From assembly GCF_032191835.1 (NCBI RefSeq), contig NC_083243.1, forward strand, positions 127,844,001-127,908,000: 64,000 bases of DNA, written 5' to 3'. The notes below the pieces were generated by a model, which saw nothing but the letters and a program-made list of their open reading frames with translations, searched no databases and was not told where the DNA came from. The translations under genes and the position numbers were made by a program. Shown here in pieces: positions 34,701 through 48,296 of this stretch (position 1 is its first letter; each line of letters begins with the position of its first letter). This DNA comes from Heteronotia binoei (Eukaryota).

Positions 34701-37700
34701 TTAGAGACATCTGCGTTCTTTCTAGGGATGGTGGCTTTCAGGTGGGACTTGGGGATCTCCCGAAATTACCGCTCATCTTCAGACTAGAGATCAGTTCCCG
34801 TGGAGAAAATGTCTGCTTTAGAGGGTGGCCTCTTGTGGCATCGTCCCCCGTCCCCACTGCAGTCCCTGTACTCTCCAAGCTCCATCCTCAAATCACTAGG
34901 AGCTCCCCAATTTAAGAAAAATTACGTGTCTTATGAGCCTATGTTGGTTTGCCAAACTTTAGAAATTTTACGTTCCTGCTTTGCTCCCCTCACTGTGGAT
35001 CTGTTCTTTTTGACCTCTATTCATTTTAGTCAAGGGCTGATGCTACATCATCTCTCGGAACGGTTTCATGATTTTTCTTTTTGGAATGTAAATATATTCT
35101 GAACAAAGGTTAGAGAAATAATTATGATTGGGAATAGAATTGGTGCTTTCTCTTCAACAAGCTAGACCCGCTTACCTGCTTTATCTTATAACTTAAAGAC
35201 TCAGTATCTTGTTTGGGGTGGTTGCATGATCTGTTACTGCAGGCATCAGGATGATCATCTTTAATAAAGACTGTATGCTCTGTTAGCCAAAAACCTTGTA
35301 AAGATTTCTCTCCCCTAGAGATGTTCATGGGAGGGTGCGTGTGTGTCTATTCTAGGCTCACTCATAACACCCAGTCTGGCTCTTGCAACTTTAACACCCC
35401 CCCCCCCCCCATGTCTTGCCATTGGCGGGCGGGGAGGGGGGGAGAAGAGAAGGACCTGGCAACTCTAGCTCTTTCTGAAGTACAGTATTTACATGGACAA
35501 TTCAGAGTTGGGCATCTAAGAGCCTTCAACAGTGTCTCCACAACAGTGACCTCTCCTCCACAAATTATATATATATCTTCCCTCCCCCAAGCCAGCCCCC
35601 TCCCATTAGAGGTAATTTTTATAACAGTCCGTGGTGCACAAAGCTGCTTGATAATATTGCAGCGAGAAATAATGCCTAAAGCAGAATTGGTAGAGAATAT
35701 GGAAGCACATTTTTGTTGTGGGGTTAAGAATATAATTCATGTGCACTGCCTCTAACTTGAATGTGTATTGTGAAACACACCACTGTGGTAGGGGCTTGAG
35801 AAGGAGCTTGCTGGTGGGCTGGGGTTGATCAGTAAAGAAAACTACTGTAGATGGTTCTGTTTCCTCTTTGGTTGGTAGCTAAGCTGGATCTTGTAGCAAA
35901 ATTGTGAACACAGGTGAACCAGTCAAGGTGGAAAGTCACCCTACCACCAAGGCTCACTGCTTACATCTTATAAAATACAGTACTTCTTTACCTTTTGAGT
36001 CACTGCCAAGGTTTAGAAACACCTTTTTTTAAAGGAACATATGAAGTTTTTGTGGCTTGAAACCAAATTTAATTATGATCTCAAAATTTGTTCTCATAGC
36101 TTCAGTATGAACTACCATCTCCTTAACTTGAGCCCTCAACCACACCCACAGTAATATTTTGTCACAATGCCCTGCTGTGTGAATGATGTACTCAATGCTG
36201 AGCCAATCCAACTTGAGCAAGATATGAGTTGGGTGGAATAATGCATGGAGAGGTTTGTGATACACAAAGCTTGCCATTTGAAATGATCCTTAGCATACAA
36301 AGCACCCTGCGGAAATAGAAAAGTAACAGTTTATTTGGGAAGAGTTTTAATGCTATTTCAGAGTTTCCCCCGGCAGAGGTTGAAAAGAAATAAATAGCTA
36401 GAACTACTTTGTTCCATACTTCTTGTAAGATCTAGGGAAAGAATCACATTGCCTAGACAACATACAGTCTAAGCACATCTAGATAAACTTGAGAGAAAGA
36501 AGTGTGTTGATTACAGCAGGACATGTAGAGAAGGTACAACACAACTTCTTGTACCCTTGCGTTTCCACATTTTGTAACTCCTCAACATTTACATAACCAA
36601 CAATAATTTATTACCTTAAATATATTAAAATAAAATATATATAAATATTTTATATATAAAATATATTGCAATGAGCTTACCTTAGGCTCACCCAATTCTG
36701 CACTTTCCATTTTCTTATTTAAATATAGCTCAACAAATGTTTCAACTGGACAATGACTTTCACATCACTATCTTTTAACAGGAGTCCTGAGACTTGCATA
36801 TTTACTGAATAGTACTTGTAGTTTATTAACAAACCAGTTCCGCTATACTTGGCAGAAATATTTTAGCTGATGGTAGACAAAGAAGACTATTATTATGGAT
36901 TTTATTAACAAAATACCTAACACTCACTTCTGCAGGAAATGTGACTACAGTCCCATCAAGTGAACATCTCCAGTTCATCCACAGGGCTCCTGTTTTTCTC
37001 TATTTCAAGTAACTCCCAAGTGCCAACTGAATTTTGCAGGCTTTTACTCTTTTAAAATGCAACAGCTATTTTAGTCTTTAATACAATTATGTGGTTCTGA
37101 AGTATGTGATAACCATTGAGAAGGAAAGAAAATGAGCTCCAGCCCCCCACCCCCAAAAGACTGAGCACTGGAATGTTAACAGCAAAATCAAAGGTGTCTA
37201 GCAATTTAAAAATATCATTAACCTGAGAGTATATTATAAGTGGAGGTGCTTCTGATGAAAGCTTTATGCTTTTGATTAAGTACCAGTAGTGTACAATTTA
37301 GGAAACAGCAGAAAAATGGACTACTTTTCTTGATTTAAAACCGATTCACAAGAATATCTCTTCAATTCACAGAGAGACATCGTTTGCTTTAAATGAGTGG
37401 CTGTAGCTACTACAAAATAGGAATAGCTTGGAACTATGTGTGCATATACTATTTTATGAAGAAAGCCTATATATATGTATAAGCTCCAGTGAGTTCAGAA
37501 AGGTATATCCCAAAATGTATTCAACATTGCTGTTTTACAGGAGGGAGCCTTACAAAACTTTGTAGCTGCTTATTATAGGCCATTGGTCCATCTACCCAGT
37601 ATCATCCACTCTGGCAGCAAGAGTTGGACATTTGGCCTTCTGCATTAAAAAATGTGATCTCCATCAGTCATTAGCTCTGCTTTCAACTCAAAATCCACTT

Positions 37701-37786
37701 AAACGTGTGAAATAAATATACATGTACAAGATTAAACTGATCATGGATAAACAGCCCTCCTCAATAGCGTGAGATTTCACAACACA

Positions 37787-38730
37787 TGAGAACATAAGAG
37801 AAGCCATGTTGGATCAGACCAATGGCCCATCCAATCCAACACTCTGTGTCACACAGTGGCCAAAAAAATTAAGTGCCATCAGGAGGTTCAACAGTGTGGC
37901 CAGGACACTAGAAGCCCTCCTACTGTGCCCCCGCCCAAGCACCAAGAATACAGAGCATCACTGCCTCAGACAGAGAGTTCCAACAATACGCTGTGGCTAA
38001 TAGCCACTGAAGGACCTCTGCTCCATATGTTGATCCAATCCCCTCTTGAAGCTGGCTATGCTTGTAGCTTCCACTACCTCCTGTGGCAGTGAATTCCATG
38101 TGTTAATCACCCTTTGTGTGAAGAAGTACTTCCTTTTATCAATTCTAACCCGACTGCTCAGCAATTTCATTGGACATATGAAGCTGCCTTATACTGAATC
38201 AGACCCTTGGTCCATCAAAGTCAGTATTGTCTACTCAGACTGGCAGCGGCTCTCCAGGGTCTCAAGCTGAGGTTTTTCACACCTATTTGCCTGAACCCTT
38301 TTTTGGAGATGCCAGGAACTGAACCTGGGACCTTCTGCTTACCAAGCAGATGCTCTACCACTGAGCCACCGTCCCTCCCCTTGAATGTCCACGAGTTCTC
38401 GTATTGTGAGAAAGCGATAAACATACTTCTTTATCTTCTCTATCCCATGCATTATCTTGTAAACTTCTATCATGTCACCCGTCAGTCAACATTTCTCCAA
38501 GCTAAAGAGCCCCAAGAGTTTTAACCTTTCTTAATAGGGAAAGTGTTCCAACCCTTTAATCATTCTAGTTGCGCTTTTCTGCACCTTTTCCAATGCTATA
38601 TCTTTTTTGAGGTGCGGTGACCAGAATTGTACACAGTATTCCAAATGAGGCAAGGCCGCACCATCAATTTATACAGAAGCATTATAATACTGCCTGATTT
38701 GTTTTCAATTTCCTTCCTAATAATTCCCAG
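37787..38730 (-). mobile_element. CR1 3' fragment containing a SINE
   Basis: Reverse complement of the same 3' tail as at 16193 (aacataagagaagccatgttggatcag). Confidence 0.9.
38175..38380 (-). mobile_element. tRNA-derived SINE (Squam3/MIR-like)
   Basis: Minus strand ggtggctcagtggtagagc...ggttcagttcc (A/B boxes) with a ...tcagtataaggcagcttcatatg tail. Family name from recall. Confidence 0.8.
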
Positions 38731-39129
38731 TTTTGTTTATATCTGAAGTCATGATGTAGTCCATGCCCTGCTCACTGTAAAGTATTCACACAGCTTTTGT
38801 ACAAGTAGGTATGTTCAGCAGCACTAGTGGAATCCTACACAAGGATCAGGCAGAGGAACAAAGCAGAAAGTTTGTTCCATCTAAGGATTAAGGCCCTAAA
38901 GAAGTGCTCCATTCAATAGCAATTAAGTTTTCAGACAAAGCTTATCAACATATTTGTTTTGAAAATATTTTGAACTTAGTTAAAAGATCAGAAGCTGCTT
39001 TTCATTTGATCCATTTCCTAAACACCCCCCCCCCCCCACTACAGGGGTTGTATTGGCAACATTCAGTATTGCCAACATTCGGTAAAATATAGCATTTGAA
39101 AATTATTTTTATTCAGTAATTGTAGACTA

Positions 39130-39930
39130 TTAAAAAAAGCATTAAGACAGACTATGAAGCTCTCTGGAGGAAGCTGAAGGGAATGGGGGTGCAGGTGGTG
39201 TCCTCTTTGTCAAGGTCAGGGAAGAATGTGTTTGGCAGAAACCTGGGGAGATTCATCAAGAGGGCTTTAAACTGGCACCACAAGGGGAAGGAGATGACCA
39301 ACATAGGGATTTAAATGATGGAGAGCAAAAAGAGGCCTGCTAGGGAAGGCCTGGTCTAATGGAGCCAAGGTTGCAGGGCTTAAGGTGTCTATGTATCAAT
39401 GCCCAAAGCTTGGGCAATAAGAAGGAAGAGCTTGAGCTTCTAATACAGACAGAGGGATACACTTCTGGATAGCAGTGTGTGTACAAAATCTTGGGGGTGG
39501 CCATAAATTAAATATGAGCAGCCACTGTGTTGCAGTGACAAAAAAGGCTAATGTGATCTTGGGGTGTATCAACAGAGACATAATGTCCAAATCACAAGAT
39601 GTCGTAAGTCCTTCTGTACACAGCACTGGTCAGGCTACACCTGAAGTATTGTGTGCAGTTCTGGAGGCCTCACTTGAAGAAGGATGTGGACAGAATGGAG
39701 CAGGTACAGAGGAGAGCGATGAAGATGATCAGGGGCCTGGAAACCAAGCCTTCTGAGGAAAGGCTAAGAGACTTAGGAATGTTCAGTCTGTAGAAGAGAA
39801 GGTTGAAGGGGCATGATTGCTCTTGAAGTATTTGAAGGACTGTCACTTAGAGGAGGGCAGGGAGCTGTTCCTATTGCAGCAGAGGATAGGACTTACAATA
39901 ATAGGTTAAATTAATGACAGAAAGATACAG
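39130..39930 (+). mobile_element. Internally deleted CR1 of a second subfamily (ORF1 end, EN start, RT end); 3' tail resumes at about 42460-42640
   Basis: LRCLYINAQSLGNKKEELELL jumps directly to C-terminal RT-like sequence. The tail with ttctgtgattctgt repeats lies after the opposite-strand CR1. Confidence 0.72.
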
Positions 39931-40013
39931 TGAGAACATAAGAAAAGCCATGTTGGATCAGGCTAATGGCCCATCCAGTCCAACACTCTGTGTCACACAG
40001 TGGCCAAAAAAAT

Positions 40014-40056
<43 letters not shown>

Positions 40057-42459
40057 TGTGGCTAATAGCTGATGGACCTCTGCTCCATATGTTTTTCTAA
40101 CCCCCTCTTGAAGCTGTCTACGCTTGTAGCCACCACCACCTCCTATGGTAGTGAATGCCACATGTTAATCACCCTTTGGGTGAAGAAGTACTTCCTTTTA
40201 TCCATTTTAACCTGACTGCTCAGCAATTTCATCGAATGCCCATGAGTTCTTGTATTGTGAGAATGGGAGAAAAGTACTTCTTTCTCTACTTTCTCCATCC
40301 CATGCATTATCTTGTAAACCTCTATCATGTCACCCCGCAGTCGACGTTTCTCCAAGCTAAAGAGTCCCAAGCGTTTTAACCTTTCTTCATAGGGAAAGTG
40401 TTCCAACCCTTTAATCATTCTAGTTGCCCTTTTCTGGACTTTTTCCAATGCTATAATATCCTTTTTGAGGTGCGGTGACAAGAATTGCACACAGTATTCC
40501 AAATGAGAATGCACCATCGATTTATACAGGGCCATTATGATACTGGCTGATTTGTTTTCAGTTCCCTTCCTAATAATTCCCAGCATGGCATTGGCCTTTT
40601 TAATTGCAATTGCACACTGTCTTGACATTTTCAGTGAGTTATCTACCATGACCCCAAGATCTCTGTCTTGGTCATTCTCTGCCAGTTCACACCCCATCAA
40701 CTTGAATTTGTAGCTGGGATACTTGGCCCCAATGTGCATTACTTTGCACTTGGCCACATTGAACCTCATCTGCCACATTGACGCCCACTCCCCCAGCCTC
40801 AACAGATCCCTTTGGAGTGCCTCACAATCCTCTCTGGTTCTCACCACCCTGAACAATTTAGTGTCATCTGCAAACTTGGCCACTTCACTGCTCACTCCCA
40901 ACTGCAAATCATTTATGAACAAGTTAAAGAGCATAGGACCCAGTACTGAGCCCTGCGGCACCCCACTGCTTACCGTTCTCCACTGCGAAGACTGCCCATT
41001 TATACTCACTCTCTGGTTTCTATTAATTAGCCAGTTTTTGTTCCACAAGATGACCTGTCCTTTTACTCCATTACTCTCGAGCTTTCTGAGGAGCCTTTGA
41101 TGAGGAACTTTATCAAAAGCTTTCTGGAAGTCAAGGTAAACAACATCTATTGGGTCCCCTTTGTCCACAAGTTTGTTCACCCCTCAAAGAAATGTAACAG
41201 GTTAGTGAGGCAAGATCTTCCCTTACAGAACCCATGCTGAGTCTTCCTCAATAACCCATGTTCATCAATGTGCCTACTCATTCTGTCCTTGATAATGCTT
41301 TCTACCAACTTTCCCGGTATTGAAGTCAGCCTGACTGGCCTGTAATTTCCCGGATCTCCCCTGGAACCCTTTTTAAAGATGGGGGTGACATTTGCTACCT
41401 TCCAGTCCTCAGGAACAGAGGCACATTTCAATGAGAGATTACATATTTTTGTTAGAAGATCCACAAGTATGCCATCCAGACCTGGTGACTTATTAGTTTT
41501 TAATTCGTCAATCAGTTGTAGGACCTCCTCTCTTGTCACCTCAATCTGACTCGGGTCTTTCAACACCCCTTCCAAAATTAGTGGTTCTGGAGCGGGCAAA
41601 CACTTTTCGTCTTCCACAGTGAAGATGGAGGAAAAAAATGCATTCAGCTTCTCAGCCATTTCCCTATTCTCCTTCAGTAATCCTTTTAACCCTCGGTCAT
41701 CCAAGGGCCCCATTGCCTCCCTGGCTGGTTTCCTGCTTCTAATATATTTGAAGAAATTTTTATTGTTGGTCTTTATGTTTTTTGCAATATGCTCCTCATA
41801 GTCCCTTTTTGCCTGCCTGATCACAGTCTTGCATTTGATTTGCCATAGCCTGTGTTCCCTTTTATTAATCTCACTTGGACTAGCTTTCCACTGCTTAAAG
41901 GAGTCCTTGTTACCTTTTACAGCGTCCATTACTTTGCTTGTTAACCATGCAGGCCTTCTCTTATACCTGTTTGTGCCTTTCCTAACTTGTGGTATATATT
42001 TTATCTGAGCTTCTAGGATTGTAGTTTTAAACAGTCTCCAAGCTTCCCCAAGGGTTTTGACTGTATTTACCTTTCCTTTCAGTTTCCTCTTCACATGCCT
42101 CCTCATCTCAGAGAATTTACCCCTTTTAAAGTTAAATGCGGTTGTGCTGGTCTTCTGGGGCAACTCTCTATTTGTACAAATGGTGAAATCAATAACGTTA
42201 TGGTCACTGCTCCCAAGCGGTGCGATCACTTTTACATCTCTCACCAAGTCTTGGGCATTACTCTCACCAAGTCTTGGGTGATAACAAACTCCCATAGTTA
42301 AATTTCCTTTTGGGCCCTCTATTTTAACCCAAAGCATTTCTAGAAGAGAATCTAATTCTCTGACCTCAGTGTCACTGGACCGTATACCTTCTCTGACATA
42401 CAGAGCCACCCCACCTCCAACCCTTCCCTCCCTATCCTTCCGATATAACATATCCAGGA
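39931..42459 (-). mobile_element. CR1 LINE (partial EN, RT), frameshifted
   Basis: ORFs 41177-42451 and 40143-41180 are near-identical to the CR1 at 9320-16193 (YLDFQKAFDKVPH, KFADDTKL). Confidence 0.95.
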
Positions 42460-43489
42460 GAGTTGTTCCACAATGGAATCAGCTACCTAGGGAGGTGGTG
42501 AACTTCCCTCTCCCTGGCAGTCTTTAAAGCAATGGCTGGACAAACACTTGTCAGGGATGCTCTAGTCTAGGCTGATCCTGCATTGAATAGGATGTTGGAC
42601 TAGATGGCCTGTATGGCCCCTTCCAGTTCTGTGATTCTGTAATTATATCTGTGCCTCTAAATTGCAGTTGAACATTATTGTGTAGGTAAATAGTGGTTTC
42701 TTGTAAATACAGAGCCCTGTAATCCAAATAAATGAAGAGAATGCCAAACAGTGTTAAAAAAAGTAATTTATGGGGACGGGCTATGGATAAGGGAAGATCA
42801 ATCCCTAGCATCTGTAATTTAAAAGGACCAGGTACAAGGTGATATGAAAGCCCTCTGCTTGAAATCCCTGGATAGCTGCTGCTAGTTTGAATAGATAATA
42901 CTTACCTTAATGGACCAATGATCTGATTCTGTATAAGGCAGCTTCACATAGTCATTGTGTTCAGTTTTATATGGAAAGTGCACTGAGCTTTAACTCTGAA
43001 AAGCTTATATCTGATATCTTGTACCATCATCCAGTTCATTTTTTTTTTGAAACTGTTGGGATATGAAGAAGACTGATTCCCTATGCAGGTTTCCCATTTC
43101 CTTCTACTGAGAGAGCAGATCCACACGCACAGAAGATGATTCCACAGAAATAAAAGGGAAAGAAGAAGCTGTGTGCGCCCACGTCTGGATTAGGGTGACT
43201 ATTTGAGTATTATTACACTTGCTTATTTTAGCACTTTCAGAAGATCTGTGATCTTATAAAATTGGTACCATTCCTACATGCAACACTTTTAATATCCCTC
43301 ACAGAAATTTTCATCTCAACTATCACTTAAGTTTAAGAAGGTTAACTACAGCAAAAACACAAAATATAGGATACACTTCTCTCTTGCTGGCATTGCCTTT
43401 GATTTTACTGTGAATTATTTGGGCTTACAAAAATTACAGTATACAAGAATGATACTATCCCATATTTTGTACAAGCTAAATATTTTTGA

Positions 43490-45502
43490 TATACAGAGCT
43501 TCAGGGTTTTATTACAACAACAATATACAACCAGTATTTATTTACAATGCAAAAAGTATATAAACCATGATTTAAAACAATCTACTACCGGCAGCGGCTA
43601 TATTTCAGGAGGTAGCTTTAATTAACAAAATGCACTGAAGCCACATTTCCCATCATGTATTCTTGTATTCTATCAAATAATTTACAAATGAAGTAATTTT
43701 ATGCACACTATGTACAATTAAAATTTTCCTAACTGTAACCTAGCTTAAGTCTTTCTCTGCAAAAAAATGGTGCTAGAATTACTGGTATGGCAGTGGAACT
43801 GCTATTTAATATTTTGCTTGAGAATATAAGATCTAGCTTAATAATGCATATGTAACTTTACACTGTGAGTTTTCAAACTAAGGGGAGATGGCAAAGATCA
43901 AGGTAATTACCAAACGTCAGGGCCTCAAGTATCAAATTCAAATGTTTTCCCCCTAATCTCCATAAAAGTTAATTTGCTCAAGTCTGTAAAATGGCAGGAA
44001 AGCAGAAATTCTTATATTGCAATGCAGGTTTTCACATTTCTTTTAACATACCAGCCTTTTATTCCAAAGCAACTTCATGTTCCCATAATGTGGGTTGACT
44101 CTAGTGTAAAATTCCCACTTGTGCTAGAATGCTGGGCAAGCAGAAATACAAGAAAGACTGTTTAATATTGTATGCCACTTGCATTCCTCTAGTGTAAGAT
44201 CTTGAGCAACCAATTTATGGATACTATGATATTTAGGGAGGAAAGTACTATGTGTTGCACGGGTTCTGTCACAAATAGAATTGCACTGAGTCTATTCATG
44301 TTTCTGCTTGCACATTATTGGATCCAAGCCTCTGTATATTATGATTTCACGATATTTCCAATCTAAAGTGTCTTTCTACTTTGTCACAGCTGTTAACATA
44401 CTGTATTTCACAAGGCAGAGTTCTATGACTTTTCTACTGACTTTTGCTGTCACAAACAAACCTGCACATATTTGAACACATAGAGCACAAAACAATATTC
44501 ATTGGCTCTCCAACATGCACCAGGAGCTCAGGGGTGTGGGTGTGTGCGGAGGGGGAGAAAAGAGTATAGGACTACTCATTTATCTTCTGTGTTAAAAATG
44601 TTCTATGACTGCAGAAGGGAACCCCCATTAAGTGTTGTGCATATATTCTCCATCTTCTTTATGAGAATAGGTCAGATTCAATATTAACAGAGTTCAATAT
44701 GCACAGTGCTGCTCTCAGTGTACACAACAACCACAGACTCACACTTACAGTGAAACTCTATAGGGATCTAGGAAGTGTAGTAATACACATTGGGGCTACA
44801 GGCCAATATAAGTGATAAACTTGATTGTGATGTTTGCTCATGAAACCCCAAAGATTCAAAACAGTACTCATGTTTCTATCATATCAGTCCATCTAGAACA
44901 TGTAGCATTATGAGGGGCGATAAAGCTTTTCCTGGAATAAAAACATTTATATCCCAATCAAATTGAGCAACAGCTTGAAGAATGAAAAATACAACATATT
45001 TTGGCTGTATTTGACTCACAGTTGTATATGAGAAGAACAGTCCCTTCTTCTGGCCCTGCAGTAAATTGTCCTGAGTTTCAGTCAGAAATGCTATACAAAA
45101 GTTAGCAACAGTTGTTTTTTTTAACCTATATAAAGTCACATTTAAAAATAACTCCTCAATAACAGCTGTCTCTTGTATTATACTTAATTGGAAAAGTGGA
45201 CTGAATTCACTTCACAGCCAAAGTAGTAAATTACAGTTGGATTACAATATGAAAACACAGCCTAAGAACATAGACATATATATATAAAAAGTAAAAAACT
45301 AGGTTATAAATTTTGGTTTTCCAATTATTTACAGTAAGAGCAATACTTCTTGCTTTAAATGTATAGATATTTACTGCCCACATCCCTTGTTTACTATGAA
45401 CATCAAAAAAATGATTGTAAAAGTGCTTCCAGGTAAAAGGACAGAACAGGCATGGTGTATGAAGCGTCCTCCTTTTTAGCGCATGGTTTGCAATACAGCC
45501 TT
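43490..45502 (-). other. LGR4: LGR4 3' UTR (about 2 kb, AU-rich, essentially repeat-free)
   Basis: Follows the stop codon. AATAAA on the minus strand at 43508-43513. The 3' end is inferred. Confidence 0.65.
43508..43513 (-). terminator. Candidate LGR4 polyadenylation signal
   Basis: tttatt on plus = AATAAA on minus, about 2 kb after the stop and at the edge of the UTR-like block. Confidence 0.55.
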
Positions 45503-46779
45503 TCAGTCTTTAATCCTTGGGATATTGTAGGCATAACGAACCAAAGGGAAGCCTCTACTTTGATAGAAACAAGCACGTCCACAGGCCTGTACTTGGTCTG
45601 AACTGTCTGATACAAAAGAATCTTCTTCATCTGCATAGTCAGAATGGGCAGACTGAGTACCACAATCAGACCAATAGCCATCTGGCCTTTGGCAAGGCAC
45701 TACTGTCAGAGCTGGACAACTGTGGGACTTTATTAAGTGCTTACACGGTACAGGCTTGGATATAAGAAGTGATTCACAACATTCACACATTGTAAGATTA
45801 CCCTGCAGATGTGTGTACATGCCACAGTCATAGTAGAAATCCTGTGTCCCACAGCTGCCTTGTGTATTAACAGTTACTGTCCCAGTTCCATTCTTCTTGG
45901 TAATATGCCACCGCAGCAATTTCCAGTCTTCCTTGAATTTGGGGTTGAAGAAAACATACAAGACTGGATTCAGACAAGCAGGAAGAGGAAAAAATATCAA
46001 AGTGACAGACTTCATGATTTCAGGGCTTACAGAGATTGCAGTGATCAATGGAGCAAATGAGAAAAACGCAACAGGGCAGAAAAAGATGCAGTTAGTGAAG
46101 ATCAGCCAAGCAACATGTTTAATCAAGCTGGCTTGTGAGTTCTCAGACAGGTCTTCCTTCTCCAAGGTGCAATAAAGTTTTGTATAGATAATAGCCATTA
46201 GCAGAAAAGCTAATGAATTTAGGAGTACTAGAGTAACTGTAAAGCCTAAGGAGGGAGTTTCTCCTGTGGGAAAAGGCAGGCAGAGGGGTGATGCGGAGTA
46301 TTCCCCTTTATGGAACAGTGGCAAACATCCTGCTACCAATGCACACAGGATAACAAAAATGGCAGCAATTTGAAACTTTTTTTGATGATTATTTTTACCC
46401 TTCTTCATTATTTCCTGGGCAGACAAGCTCCGTTCAATGGCAGCTAACATAAGGAAAAAAATGGCACTTTCGGAAGAGAAGACAGCCAAAAAACCAGCAA
46501 TTTTGCAGCCACTGCCAGTTTCCCACCAAATGCCAAATTCAGCAAACCGTCCCCAGGAGACTGCATCCAGGAAAGTCAATATGCCAGTGTAGATCCCCAT
46601 AAGAAGGTTTGACATTGAAATCAAGCCTATGAATAGTTTGGAAGAATGCAGTGAAACGCAAGAAGCAAATATAGTTAACATGACAAGGATGTTGAAAGAC
46701 AAGGCGACCAAAAAAATAAACCAGACTGTAAGGCGAATCATCCAGCTCCCTAGTAAGTATTCGCAAGGCTTGAAAGCAC
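45503..46779 (-). CDS. LGR4: LGR4 terminal exon: hinge end, 7TM domain and C-terminal tail
   Basis: Acceptor tttataatag|GT GCT TTC AAG (GAFKPCEYLLGSW). Seven hydrophobic segments, NPVLY motif and LGR4-specific tail ...QSRGFPLVRYAYNIPRIKD*. The ORF-track start at 46885 is intronic read-through. Confidence 0.97.
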
Positions 46780-48051
46780 CTATTATAAAAGAAAAAAGAA
46801 ACGTGTAAGGTAGCAAATAACATGGGACTGCTGGTTTAAATATATTTAAGTTCTGTAAAATGTATGCACTTCCTGAAAACAGCACTCCAGAGCTAATACA
46901 TAAGGCCAGATCTGCAGCTAGAGCAATTTATTGTTTATATACAAAGTGATAAATATTACAATGATGGCCTACTTGTGTAAACACAAGTGAAATAAATAAG
47001 GCTGTAATGACTCTTCTGCTAGTCAACTGATTGCCATAGTTACAGCACAGAAGGAAATATATGGACATCCAAACCAAAAGGTCTAATTTTTTTTCCTTTT
47101 GATGATGGTTATTATAAAAAGGAGATGCTTAAATTGTTTTTAATCTTTTCACTGACTATTTTAAACTAGATTATTTTTAAATTGGACTCTGAATATTTTC
47201 AACTTGTCTTCTGTGTGTTTCATTAATCAAACCTGTCTAGGTTGCAGAGAACAGGGTCTATAAAAAGCCCTGATCCATGGTTGTTGCAGAGGTACATTTT
47301 GCATTTGTATCCTAATATCTGATCAGGGCCTTCTGTGAGGAATGGTCAGGGTCAATGAGGTAAAAGAGACCACTTTAAAATTTTTGTTACCTTCTACCCA
47401 GTACCTCAGAGAACCAGAATAAATCCTTGTCAGAAAATAATGAAGCACCAAACCGTTTTATAATTCAAAACCAAAATATTACAATTACTAAATATAGAAA
47501 GCAACAAAGAGAGGCAATAACAACTATTGTATGCTATTAAATCAGTTGGCAGGCAGAAGTTCAAATAATAAATGATCTCTGAGCACTAGAGACGTTGGCA
47601 GGGTGAAGTAATAAAATAAACACAATCAGGCAGTGTTTCCTTAACACTAGAAAACACTCTATATCAGAGAAAGATTATAAAGTTGTTTCAGGCTTTCTAA
47701 ATATAAAACCAACACACTTTTTGTTTTTCACTCAGAGAACTGTCTGAACTTGTGACAGCAATATCCCCACACAGACACTCTTCACTAGCACACAGGTACA
47801 CTCCAGACGTTGAGTAATATCTAGGAACTAACACCCTTGAGTGCTATCACACCAGCACTTCAATTTCCTGTGTCAAGTCCCATGCAGCTAGTATTCCTGT
47901 CTGACTTCTGGGATTTTTTCACAGCCACAAGAACCTTAGGCTCTCTCCCAGTGTGTTTGTATGTTCTTTGTTTGAACCAGGAGTCTGTCCTATAGCAATG
48001 ACAGGACTCCTTAGCAGAGCCTTCAAGTTTTCCTCTGCTGTAATGACACAA

Positions 48052-48296
48052 ACTGATTTCGCACTAGGCTTGTTCCAGATGGAGAGCCCTTTTGCTCCCA
48101 GGGCTTCTCTCTGTTTTCACACAAGTTGCTCTGGAGCTATTCCGCAGCAAGCAAGATCTTCTGACAAGCGGTTTCTGCTTGCTGCGGAAAAGCAGCACAC
48201 CAACTTGCAGCTCCGGGGCAACTTGTGTGAAAATGGAGAGAAGCCACGGGGGCAAAAGGGCTCTTTACCTGGAACAAGCCATAGTGCAAAATTGGT
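48052..48296. mobile_element. Palindromic MITE
   Basis: actgatttcgcact...agtgcaaaattggt ends with about 100-bp complementary arms. Confidence 0.75.

Noticed and set aside
46780-46885. ORF-track N-terminus of the 460-aa LGR4 ORF as a single-exon GPCR
   Set aside because: This is intronic read-through. The true acceptor at 46779 joins in phase to the upstream exons.
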